Positions 1 through 9,510 of a DNA stretch of 64,000 bases are shown piece after piece. The notes under the pieces are model-generated. The model saw nothing but the letters and a program-made list of their open reading frames with translations. It ran no database searches and was not told the DNA's origin. The stretch is taken from assembly GCA_965214095.1 (NCBI GenBank), contig OZ243938.1, positions 4,736,001 through 4,800,000 on the forward strand, written 5' to 3'. Both the position numbers and the translations under genes were made by a program. The DNA comes from Candidatus Poribacteria bacterium. Lineage in GTDB: Bacteria; Poribacteria; WGA-4E; WGA-3G. Each line of letters opens with the position of its first letter. Positions within the stretch are counted from its first letter, which is position 1.

Positions 1-2
1 AC

Positions 3-1862
3 ATCTTCTATCCGATAATAGTAGACAGTATTCGGTTTAGCGGTGGTATCTGTCCACGTATATTCGTTGCGTTCAGCTGTGGTGCCTGCACCTTGTATCA
101 TGCTCGGATTGACAACTTTGAACTCACCGCCTTTTGTTTCACTGTGATATATGTAAAATCCTGCGTTATCTACTTCGGATTCTGTTGTCCATTTGATGAC
201 AACACCAACATCGGTGAGTTCTGCATGGAAATGGGATAGAGTGACAGGTAGCACCTTGGTGCGACCATTTTTGTCGGAAAGATATATTTTTACATCCGGA
301 TTCTTTTGCAAGAGTTCAAGGAGCGGTTTTCTGTTCTTAATTGGGTTTCCTACAAGGTTTAATTCATTAAGATTAGAAAGACCTGCGAGAGGAGTCACAT
401 CACTAATTTGGTTATTTGAAAGATATAAATGTCTTAAATTCGTTAGTTCAGTGAGCAGATTGATGTTGCTGATTTGATTGTTCGTCAACTCTAATGATCT
501 TAATAGATTCATTCCTTTGAGGGAAGAGATGTTGCTGATTTGATTGTTCGTAAAGTCTATGTACTTCAATTTTGTTAAAGTATTGAGTGGTGAGATATTT
601 TGTACCAGATTTCCTCTAAGGAATAAAAATCTTAAATTCGCGGCATATTGAAGGCCTTCAAGGGACGTTATTTGTTGTTCGTTAGCCGATAGATTCCTCA
701 ACCGAAGCATATCTATTTGTGTAAGGATAATGTTTGGTTGTAATTTGAGATTCTTTCGCACTTCCATTGCTAAATTGGTATCGGGTATTGATACAACTTC
801 GGAGGAAGGTTGTAGTTCAATTTCAAACGTCCAAAGTTTAAAGTTACCGAGTGCATCTATGACCTTAAGATATACTTTATTGAGTCTTGCACTATCAGTA
901 GCATTTGATGGTATCTCCTGTGATGATAACTCATTTGTAACAAATTCGACAGTATCTCTATTGTCATTTAAGGATTTACATTCCAGTAGTGCCTTACTTC
1001 CTCTACTATCACGTTCATCAAAATCGTTCTTAAGTAATTGTGCTTGATGGAGTCCATCAGGGTCTGTTATCTCGAATTGTAAACGGATAGTACCAGGTGG
1101 AGTGCCAAGATTTGGTTTCAGCATTTTAATGTCTGTGTTTTCGTTGCTTGTGCCGTCAACGTCATTGAAATAGATATGGGCATCTAACCATTCAGCAGCA
1201 CAAGCCGACAGTTTCTCCGTGATAGAGTCTGGTCCATAAGACATAATGTAGGAATCGTCTCGAAAATCATGGCTCAAGCCAAAAGCGTGTCCGAGTTCGT
1301 GTACCAAAACGTACCACAAACGAGAGAAATATGGATACGATAAATCCTCATTGTCAATGTTTGTCAATATGATTGATACTCCCCCACGAACTGTTTCCCC
1401 GTATCCTGAGCCTCCTACGCTCGGTCCAGTGTCAGGATTAGACTGGTCTATCCACCTCAGATAAATTAGTTTCTTAGATATGTCTAACTGTTCACTTATT
1501 TCTTGAGATGGATAGATATTTTTGTTAATTGGAGGGGTTAAAGCTTCATTATACTGTGCATTGGAGTACTTTCCTTTAATAATGCGTGGCGGTACTAAAT
1601 TTCCTGTTTCATCTGTTTCAAGCCTAAATGTTTTTCTCTCAAACCCGTGTGCTTTCATCTGGTCAGCGTAAAACTGTTGAACGTCCTTTATTAAAGTGTT
1701 TAATCTTGCGATCCTGTCTTCCTGCGGTTCAATGTCGCTCGGATGAAAGTATATTGTGCTAACGACATATTCTGCTGATGCACATTGTGGGAGATTGTTC
1801 AACACAATAACTATGGTTACAAAAGTGAGGAGAGTTAGTGTAAAACGCATTATTGGTTTCAT
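3..1862 (-). CDS. Secreted metzincin-type zinc metallopeptidase with LRRs and a conserved C-terminal domain (3' end runs off the window)
   Basis: Not in the ORF track because it has no stop in the window. ATG at 1862 with AAGGA RBS and a signal peptide (MKPIMRFTLTLLTFV...). HELGHAFGLSH motif (HExxHxxGxxH) near 1270-1302, then a YIMSYG Met-turn, internalin-like LRRs, and LPVTLSHF...WTTESEVDNAGF...YYYRIEDV. Confidence 0.85.
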   Translation of the reverse strand, partial: MKPIMRFTLTLLTFVTIVIVLNNLPQCASAEYVVSTIYFHPSDIEPQEDRIARLNTLIKDVQQFYADQMKAHGFERKTFRLETDETGNLVPPRIIKGKYSNAQYNEALTPPINKNIYPSQEISEQLDISKKLIYLRWIDQSNPDTGPSVGGSGYGETVRGGVSIILTNIDNEDLSYPYFSRLWYVLVHELGHAFGLSHDFRDDSYIMSYGPDSITEKLSACAAEWLDAHIYFNDVDGTSNENTDIKMLKPNLGTPPGTIRLQFEITDPDGLHQAQLLKNDFDERDSRGSKALLECKSLNDNRDTVEFVTNELSSQEIPSNATDSARLNKVYLKVIDALGNFKLWTFEIELQPSSEVVSIPDTNLAMEVRKNLKLQPNIILTQIDMLRLRNLSANEQQITSLEGLQYAANLRFLFLRGNLVQNISPLNTLTKLKYIDFTNNQISNISSLKGMNLLRSLELTNNQISNINLLTELTNLRHLYLSNNQISDVTPLAGLSNLNELNLVGNPIKNRKPLLELLQKNPDVKIYLSDKNGRTKVLPVTLSHFHAELTDVGVVIKWTTESEVDNAGFYIYHSETKGGEFKVVNPSMIQGAGTTAERNEYTWTDTTAKPNTVYYYRIED

Positions 1863-2128
1863 GTGTGGTTTTCCTTTGATATAGGATAGTGGTGGGAGGC
1901 ATACAACCGTATCAGTTACATCATCAAGTTTTGTGTTTATGTCTTCCGAGCATCCGAAAGCTAAAATAACCGGAGTTGCTACCTATGTGGCACAAACTTT
2001 TTGTCTGTGCATACAAGGACACAAACTGAAAGTTTGCGCTACAATACTTTGTGAATAATCAGCGTTTCTCTATTAGAAACGGTATATCCGTGCTAAATAT
2101 CTTGTAAGTAACAACTTGGATTAAGATT

Positions 2129-2157
2129 ATTATAATATATAGTCATATAAAAGTCAA
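2129..2157 (-). promoter_or_regulatory. Sigma70 promoter upstream of the metzincin-LRR gene
   Basis: Minus strand TTGACT-17 bp-TATAAT. A near-identical copy lies at 30172-30200. Confidence 0.7.
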
Positions 2158-2310
2158 TATAAAAATTAAGTGTTTTATCATAGTATATTGGTTTAATATG
2201 ACATTTATTGTATTGTAAAATGTGATATATTGAATGTGCTTGTTGTGAACATGTGCGTCAGTTAGGGAAACGCCTCAATATCAGTTCAGGGTTATTTAGT
2301 TTTAGAGTTC

Positions 2311-2420
2311 TTGTCTGGATCAGGATTTTCAGGATTATGAGTTTGGCTCTCTAAAGTTCCTATTCCCAGGTTGACGTTTATTTTCTGGATGGCACTTTGA
2401 TGTTTCAGACGCTTATCCCA
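2311..2420. repeat. Partial copy of MITE-like repeat family B
   Basis: caggattttcaggattatgagtttggctct.. aaagttcctatt...tctggatggcactttgatg is shared with 47599-47742. Confidence 0.75.
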
Positions 2421-2630
2421 GTGAATGCCATAGGCGCATTCATACCCGGGGAACGCCTAATGAAGATTAGGAAACAAATAGGGTAATTTGAGATCAAAGT
2501 CCAGCACTCTTACGTGGGGATTAATTTATTCTTTAGGTATTTTTATAGACTTTTTAGATGCGATTAGGAAAATGTCTTCTGCGTCACTTGAACCTGTGTT
2601 ATGGACGAAAAGGTGCTGGCATTTGAAGAC

Positions 2631-2755
2631 AGCAGCACCAACGGTGCGAAAGGTGTATCCCTAATTCCATGTACAGACACCTGTCGCCCCTCTGGGGCTT
2701 GTGTGATGGATAGGTGTCGCCTTCCTATACACCTTTCGTCCCGCTGGGACTGAAA
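2631..2755. repeat. REP-like palindromic repeat family C
   Basis: gtcgcccctctggggctt...ctatacacctttcg is shared with 51013-51083; several short hairpins. Confidence 0.65.
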
Positions 2756-3037
2756 TACACGCATGAAAATGAGTTGATCCTCTAGAATGATGGTTTTGGT
2801 GTGGTTAGGCAACCGGACCTGAGGGAATCGGGATTACCCAATTAATAAATTAATCTTCATAATTGCGCGACTACAAACGCGTTTTTCTAAATGTAAAGTG
2901 TATGTTAATTTCACATTTCATTATAAAGAACCCTGCTAAATAAACTTTTCTTGATTGGTAAACGTTTTTATGTCATAATTGTTGTCAATATTAAAACCAT
3001 AATTCAATGGTTGGCACATGATGGTTGAAGGATAAGC

Positions 3038-6000
3038 ATGTATTTCAATAATAATTCAGACGATACTGTCCCTCCCTCTAAATCCCACCAAGACAAACGG
3101 TTATTCCTTTCTACGATAATACCTGCCTTGCTACTAATGACGTTGTTCCAGACTGTCGGATGCGGACCATTAGGTATCACAGACCCGGAATCCGATACAC
3201 CATTCGGTACGTCTCGGAATGAATCCAAACCCAAAAAGAATTGGAAAATAAAACGCACACTGATTAGCAACGAAGTGAACTGTATTGCTGCAGATCCAGA
3301 TAATGTGTGGATTGCCACAGCAAAAGGAGTCTCTCGTTGGCAACACAGTGAGGATACGTGGTCACATTACACAATGGAGGATGGGTTAGCAAATGATATG
3401 GTAAACGCTGTCGCGATTGATGGAAAATGGGTTTGGTTCGCTACAGATGAAGGCGTTAGTCGTTATGATTCTGAGACTAATACATTTACAACCTATCGTA
3501 GCATTGATGGACTGGCAAGTGATGAGGTTTCTTCTGTCGCAGTAGACGGGAACTATGTCTGGTTTGGTACTTCAAACGGTCTAAACAGATATGATAAAAC
3601 GATTGACAGTTGGGCAGTACGGTCTCGTAAAGATGGCTTAGTAAGCAGAATCGTAACTACAATTGCTGTAGAACCAGAATATGTATGGGTTGGAACTGAT
3701 AGAGAGATTAATCCTGATCCACACGGATGGGATGAGGATCCGAGATTCAGCAAAGGCGGAGTGAGTCGCTATCATCGAGACACAGATTCTTGGAATAACT
3801 ATACAAAGTCGGACGGTTTGATTGACAATGAGATCGCTACGATCGCAGTAGATGACGGCAGCGTCTGGTTTGGCACACAACACAGAGGCGTGAGTCAATA
3901 CAATCAAGTTGATCAGACATTTGTCAAGACATATACCAAAACAGATTTATTAAAAAGCAATGTGATTAGTTGTATCCGATCCGACGGTTTTCAGGTGTGG
4001 TTTGGAACTGCTAATGCTGGTGTCCACCGTTTCATCAAACCTGTCAATACATGGGTGCATTATACCGTTGCAGATGGATTAGCGAGTAACAATGTAAGTT
4101 GGATTACAACGCAAGGGAATGATGTTTGGTTTGCAAGTAAAGAAGATGGAATTAGTCGTTTTGATAAGGTGACTGGTGAGTGGACGATTTATACACAAGC
4201 TGATTTCCTTGCTGATAACGATGTTCGTGACATCACGCAGGATGATACGGGGAAACTCTGGATTGCAACTGTATCTGGACTGTCAGTTTATTCTCCAGAT
4301 GAACGTACTTGGGAAGTAATCTCTAAAGAAGATGGTCTCCCAACCAACTATGTGATGTCGGTAAATGTCACCTCACCACCTTCAACGCTGAGTGCGAAAG
4401 AACTTGGTAATAAACAAGATAGACAACCGAATAGTGCTGCAATATGGATCGGTACGGCACGAGGACTCGGTTCATGCACACACCTTGGAGGGAAATGGCA
4501 CATTTTTCGTCCAACGCAAGGAGAGGCATTTGTAACTGTGGTAGCAACTGCAGAAATAGACCAAGACGTGCCATATAACCCAAAGCAGATTTGGCTAGGG
4601 ACAAATCTGGGTCCGGCGATGTATGACTTAGACATGAAAAAATGGACTCAACTTAAACTTCCAGACGAACCAGAAAACCCACTTATCACATCTGTTCTTA
4701 TTTGGAATGGAAATGTCTGGTTTGCTGGCGTGAAAGGTATTTGGCAATATTCAATAACTGAAAAACAAATGCAGAACAAGTCAGATGGACTCAAAAACAG
4801 ATCTATAAATACAATCCTTGTCAGTGGCAATACGCTGTGGGTTGGAACACAGGAGGGACTCGCAAGATTTGATAACGCTAAGCAACAATGGATTCCTATA
4901 TCTTATGAAAATACATCTGGAACTGAATTGGGATCATCAAGCATCACAGCACTTTCATCTCATGATGGTGTACTATGGGTTGGAACACCACAGGGTTTGG
5001 GAAAGTATACGATAGCAACTGAAAAGTGGGAGTCCTGCAAAATTACACACAATATTCGTGATATTATATGTGATAAGGGAGAGAAACTTTGGTTAGCGAC
5101 ATCAATCGGTCTTGTTGAATACGATATTGCAGATGGTAAAGAGGTATTTCACCAATCCCGTCCGGTGCGACAACCTTTGGTTGAAACACAAGTATCACAT
5201 ATAATGTTTGATGAAGATTACATTTGGTTTTCTAACTGGAAGTCCTCACGAAATGGCGGTATTTTACGTTACCACCGTCCGACACAAACTTGGCAACGTT
5301 ACACCCGTTTTGATATCTTTAAGTCTACTCTGAAGAAAACAATGACAGTGTTGCGTTGGACTTATGTTGATAAGGATGCAGTTTGGTTCACTTCAGATTA
5401 CGGTGTTTTAAGATACGATAAAGTGAAAGGTTTTTGGCAACACTTTACAATGAAAGATGGTCTTTCTGTAGATGATATGGACAAGATCGCAGTTAGTGAA
5501 AATAGTGTGTGGATTCTACCTATGGTGGGTATGGAGTTGAACCGATATGATAAAACGACTGGAACATGGGAAATAGTCAAACAACCGGATAGACATGAAG
5601 AACACGAAAGATTAAGAGCACTTGCCGTTGATGGACCTGAAGTTTGGTATGCATCCGGACATTCTGTCACCCGATATAATGAAAAAACAAAGGAATGGAA
5701 AGAATTCAAACCTACAGATGGTCTGGCAGGGAGAGGGGCAGAATGGATAACAATAGATAAAGACTTTATCTGGATCGCTCGTTCAGAATATGATAGAGGA
5801 AGTAATCGTCCGTTATCCCGATATGATAAAAAGACTAAAAAATGGTCTACCTTTTCCACCAATGATGTCCTTGCAGCGAAAACTATAAGAAGAGTGATTG
5901 CTACAGATACCGACGTATGGATTCTTTACAGACCTTGGGATAATGTAGTCACTCGTTATGACCGAATGAACAAAGAGTGGACGACAATATCGTCAGGAAG

Positions 6001-7267
6001 AGGCACACTTGAACTCGCTGCAGATGATGACTATCTTTGGTTAGCAGCACCGAATGAAGGTCTACGACGGTTTCACTTTGCATCTGGCACTTGGTCAACT
6101 TTTAGAAATATCAAAGGGTTGTTACATAACCACGTTGGTGAATATGGTTTAGCAGTAGATGAGCGATATGTTTGGGTTGGAACTATACGTGGTCTTTCTC
6201 GGTATGACAAACTGCGTGAATCTTGGACTCCTTTACCACAATTACCAACACTTTCTGGTAGAACCGTACGCACAGTGGATACTGATGAAAGGTTTGTGTG
6301 GGTGGGAACGGATAATGGTTTATCGCGATATGATAAAGAGTTCGGCACATGGAAAAATTATAGACAGACTGGTGGTTCTGAGGAAATAGCAACACATAAC
6401 GGACATTGGCACAGACATAGACCAAAATCACGGGGTATGCTATCAGATAATGCTGTTAGTTCAATAGTGGTTGATCAACAATATGTCTGGGTAGGCACCC
6501 GAGACGGTGCGAATAGGTTTGATAAGATCGCGCTTCGCTGGGACCAATACAAAACTGAACATGGGTTACCAGCCAATAATGTAACATCGGTAAGTACAGA
6601 TGGTAACAATATATGGGTTGGCACGAATTCTGGGATCGGAAAATATCCGAGAACTGCTGACGACCTTAACGCATGGATTGCATATACTTCTGGTACTGAA
6701 ATCCAACCATCTGCGGTGTCTAAGGAGTTTGCTGAGTCATTAGTCACTGATGAAATATGGTGCATCACTGCAAGTAGGAAACATGTATGGGTTGGTACAC
6801 GTAGGGGTATAAGTAAGTACGATATTGGTCGGGACATTTGGAAGACGATTACAGAAGCGGATGGACTTGCCAGTAACGAAATCAGTTGCATTGCAATAGA
6901 TGGAAATCGTGTATGGTTTGGTAGCGATCAAGGTGTGACAGTTTACAATGAACTAACAGAAGAGTGGAGAGTCTATACGACTGAAGACGGTCTTGCAAGC
7001 GATAAAATTACCACTATTGGTGTTGATGGGACTGATATGTGGGTTGGTACTTACAATGCTGGAATCTGTCGGTATGACCAATTGAATGACACTTGGACAA
7101 CCTACACGCGGACAGATGGTTTAGCACACAACGGGATATTATCTATGGCAATTGGAAATAAGTATGTATGGTTTGGCACATATCGCGGATTGAGTCGTTT
7201 TGATAAAAACACAGGAATCTGGACTACTTTTACAGAGGCTTATGGTCCGGAAGATATTATTAGATAA
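3038..7267 (+). CDS. Large multi-beta-propeller lipoprotein (Reg_prop-like repeats, no kinase domain)
   Basis: 1409 aa; lipobox-like TVGC; many WxGTxxGxSRYD and DGLASN/D blade repeats along the whole length. Confidence 0.8.
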   Translation: MYFNNNSDDTVPPSKSHQDKRLFLSTIIPALLLMTLFQTVGCGPLGITDPESDTPFGTSRNESKPKKNWKIKRTLISNEVNCIAADPDNVWIATAKGVSRWQHSEDTWSHYTMEDGLANDMVNAVAIDGKWVWFATDEGVSRYDSETNTFTTYRSIDGLASDEVSSVAVDGNYVWFGTSNGLNRYDKTIDSWAVRSRKDGLVSRIVTTIAVEPEYVWVGTDREINPDPHGWDEDPRFSKGGVSRYHRDTDSWNNYTKSDGLIDNEIATIAVDDGSVWFGTQHRGVSQYNQVDQTFVKTYTKTDLLKSNVISCIRSDGFQVWFGTANAGVHRFIKPVNTWVHYTVADGLASNNVSWITTQGNDVWFASKEDGISRFDKVTGEWTIYTQADFLADNDVRDITQDDTGKLWIATVSGLSVYSPDERTWEVISKEDGLPTNYVMSVNVTSPPSTLSAKELGNKQDRQPNSAAIWIGTARGLGSCTHLGGKWHIFRPTQGEAFVTVVATAEIDQDVPYNPKQIWLGTNLGPAMYDLDMKKWTQLKLPDEPENPLITSVLIWNGNVWFAGVKGIWQYSITEKQMQNKSDGLKNRSINTILVSGNTLWVGTQEGLARFDNAKQQWIPISYENTSGTELGSSSITALSSHDGVLWVGTPQGLGKYTIATEKWESCKITHNIRDIICDKGEKLWLATSIGLVEYDIADGKEVFHQSRPVRQPLVETQVSHIMFDEDYIWFSNWKSSRNGGILRYHRPTQTWQRYTRFDIFKSTLKKTMTVLRWTYVDKDAVWFTSDYGVLRYDKVKGFWQHFTMKDGLSVDDMDKIAVSENSVWILPMVGMELNRYDKTTGTWEIVKQPDRHEEHERLRALAVDGPEVWYASGHSVTRYNEKTKEWKEFKPTDGLAGRGAEWITIDKDFIWIARSEYDRGSNRPLSRYDKKTKKWSTFSTNDVLAAKTIRRVIATDTDVWILYRPWDNVVTRYDRMNKEWTTISSGRGTLELAADDDYLWLAAPNEGLRRFHFASGTWSTFRNIKGLLHNHVGEYGLAVDERYVWVGTIRGLSRYDKLRESWTPLPQLPTLSGRTVRTVDTDERFVWVGTDNGLSRYDKEFGTWKNYRQTGGSEEIATHNGHWHRHRPKSRGMLSDNAVSSIVVDQQYVWVGTRDGANRFDKIALRWDQYKTEHGLPANNVTSVSTDGNNIWVGTNSGIGKYPRTADDLNAWIAYTSGTEIQPSAVSKEFAESLVTDEIWCITASRKHVWVGTRRGISKYDIGRDIWKTITEADGLASNEISCIAIDGNRVWFGSDQGVTVYNELTEEWRVYTTEDGLASDKITTIGVDGTDMWVGTYNAGICRYDQLNDTWTTYTRTDGLAHNGILSMAIGNKYVWFGTYRGLSRFDKNTGIWTTFTEAYGPEDIIR

Positions 7268-7271
7268 TTAT

Positions 7272-7409
7272 TATAGTAAAAACCATAATTATTTACACAC
7301 TACGGTAGGTTTGGTTTCCTAACCGAACCGGTGTTTGTTCAGTGTTATAGATGCGGTTAGGAAACCGCATCTACTGTGGAATGTGCACATATTTTTACAT
7401 TTCACTATA
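7272..7409 (+). repeat. MITE-like repeat family A, copy 1
   Basis: TATAGT...ACTATA termini; internal GGTTTCCTAACC and GGTTAGGAAACC hairpins; near-identical to 17629-17766. Confidence 0.85.
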
Positions 7410-7487
7410 AGAGTAGACAAAATAGCGATTATTGGATCAGACAATAAATGCTCACAATATCTTTCTGATCTATAAAGATGTATTCTT

Positions 7488-9467
7488 ATGGATATTAACA
7501 ACGACTGTAGAAAGCACCGAATTACAAATCATCTCGGTGTTAAAGGTTGCCTTCACCTCTTAATTATCCTCATTTGCTTTACTATTACACCACGGATACA
7601 TGCGGAGGATGTATATAGTCTTTTCGGTAAGTTATTCCTATCCGGACGCGTAGAATATGACTTTACAAATAGACGGAATTTCCTTGCTGATACTGAAGAG
7701 GAACGAGTCAGACAAGACAATTTTGATTTTGACAGACTCTTTCGTCGCGGATTCCATAGTGTGTTAGTGATTGAGGAGACCGCTGGTAGTGTCAAAAACA
7801 TTCTCAGTCTGGGTGAAGTTCCTACCACTTTTACAAAGTTCACATTTGATCAGATTGATCTCAACGGTGTCCGTTGGGAAGTCCGTTCCCCCTATACCGA
7901 TTGGACAATCTTAATGGTTCCTGGCACACTCAACAGACTAAACGGTCAAGAGGGAAATATTGATGGTTCTGGTATCGGTTTGCGAGAAGTGACGAAATTC
8001 GGCAGATCCCAAATTGGTTTCTCTTGGTATTTCAGGAAAGCACCAGTCTATGCGGTGGATATGGAGACAAATTTTACAAATTATGGGTTGAAGGCAGAGG
8101 TTGCAATAACACCTAAGAGTTCCTTACGGAAAGACTTGGGATCCCGTTTTGAAGCGACTACTACCGTATTTAAAGCATTCCGTACCGTTGGAGACACCCT
8201 TTTTCAAGCAGAAGCATTTCGTGTCGGTCCGCGTTTTGACGCATCGCGTTCTGTAGGTGACAACGATGACCAAGATAGATACTCAGACAATACATTTCCT
8301 GACCCTCCATCACTGATAATTCCCGGTGATTTGGACAAAAATAACAACGGTTCCTTTGACTATGAAGACGACATTTTACTCTTTGATGTTGATGAAGATT
8401 TCCTTGATGAAACCGATAGGAATAATAACGGGGTTCGTGACGAGGAGGAAAATGATAAAGACCCAAATTACGAATTTGACATAGGTCTACAAGGCATACG
8501 ATTGTTCATGAATCAACAAATAACTCAGCAAAAGAGCATCATTGATCTGGATATTGGGGTGCAATATGAGAAGAATCTTAGACACCGCAATCAACCCACT
8601 TCAAGAAAAGCGTATGCTAACATAATATATCAAAAAGAACTCGCGCACGCCTCTTCATTGATTATTGAGAATGAAATCAAAGTAGTAGAAGACAATATAC
8701 CTGATGAAACTTGGTATTATGCCGGCTTTTTAACTTCGCAAGATGAAAATCTCTATCGTAGACAACCCGAAGTGCAGGAGAAGTTGTCTGATGAAAGCAT
8801 AGAGTTTTTCTATATAGATGGTGGTTCAGAACTTGAAAAACGGAGAAAAGACCCTTTATTGATGCAGAATGATCTGATTAACACTGCAAAATTCACATGG
8901 GAATATAAAGGGATTGATCGAATGATTACCACTGCACGGGGAAAGCTGCAATATGATATCGATTTCGACGGTGATAATGAACATTATGAAGTAGGCATTT
9001 TTAAATCTCTGTATCGCTTCCGACCATCAAAATCACTTGAAATCAGTCCGATGTTTAAATATACGATCCGCAACGGCTTCCGTATGGCAGAAGACCGGCT
9101 TGAATATCTCAATCTTCAAGGAAGGATTGATGAGAGAGATGTAACACGAGAAATCAGATTACGTCAATTTGACCAGGCACATGTGCGTGATATGACTCCT
9201 GCCCTTATTCTCAAAGTCGTTTATCAGTTCACAAAGACGATCAAATTAACAGGTGGTGGTCAGATCTTGTTATTCAACGACATGTTGGAAGATGACAACG
9301 ATTATGTACGTCAGGCATTATTGGCTGAAATGGAGAAGAGTTTTTTTGCTTATCGTAAGCAGCTTTTTTTACATATCGGGGCGCGATACATAGACCAACG
9401 TGCGATTGGGGATGTAAACGATCAAAACTTCATGGAAATATTTGTGCGGGTTTTCGGAAAATTTTAA
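7488..9467 (+). CDS. Putative outer-membrane beta-barrel protein with an acidic Ca-binding loop
   Basis: Signal peptide; amphipathic strands; C-terminal Phe (VRVFGKF); Dx[DN]xNG-type motifs (DLDKNNNG, DRNNNG). Confidence 0.6.
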   Translation: MDINNDCRKHRITNHLGVKGCLHLLIILICFTITPRIHAEDVYSLFGKLFLSGRVEYDFTNRRNFLADTEEERVRQDNFDFDRLFRRGFHSVLVIEETAGSVKNILSLGEVPTTFTKFTFDQIDLNGVRWEVRSPYTDWTILMVPGTLNRLNGQEGNIDGSGIGLREVTKFGRSQIGFSWYFRKAPVYAVDMETNFTNYGLKAEVAITPKSSLRKDLGSRFEATTTVFKAFRTVGDTLFQAEAFRVGPRFDASRSVGDNDDQDRYSDNTFPDPPSLIIPGDLDKNNNGSFDYEDDILLFDVDEDFLDETDRNNNGVRDEEENDKDPNYEFDIGLQGIRLFMNQQITQQKSIIDLDIGVQYEKNLRHRNQPTSRKAYANIIYQKELAHASSLIIENEIKVVEDNIPDETWYYAGFLTSQDENLYRRQPEVQEKLSDESIEFFYIDGGSELEKRRKDPLLMQNDLINTAKFTWEYKGIDRMITTARGKLQYDIDFDGDNEHYEVGIFKSLYRFRPSKSLEISPMFKYTIRNGFRMAEDRLEYLNLQGRIDERDVTREIRLRQFDQAHVRDMTPALILKVVYQFTKTIKLTGGGQILLFNDMLEDDNDYVRQALLAEMEKSFFAYRKQLFLHIGARYIDQRAIGDVNDQNFMEIFVRVFGKF

Positions 9468-9510
9468 CTTAGAACATTTGCGTTGATGTTTTGTCATATT
9501 AGATATATAT

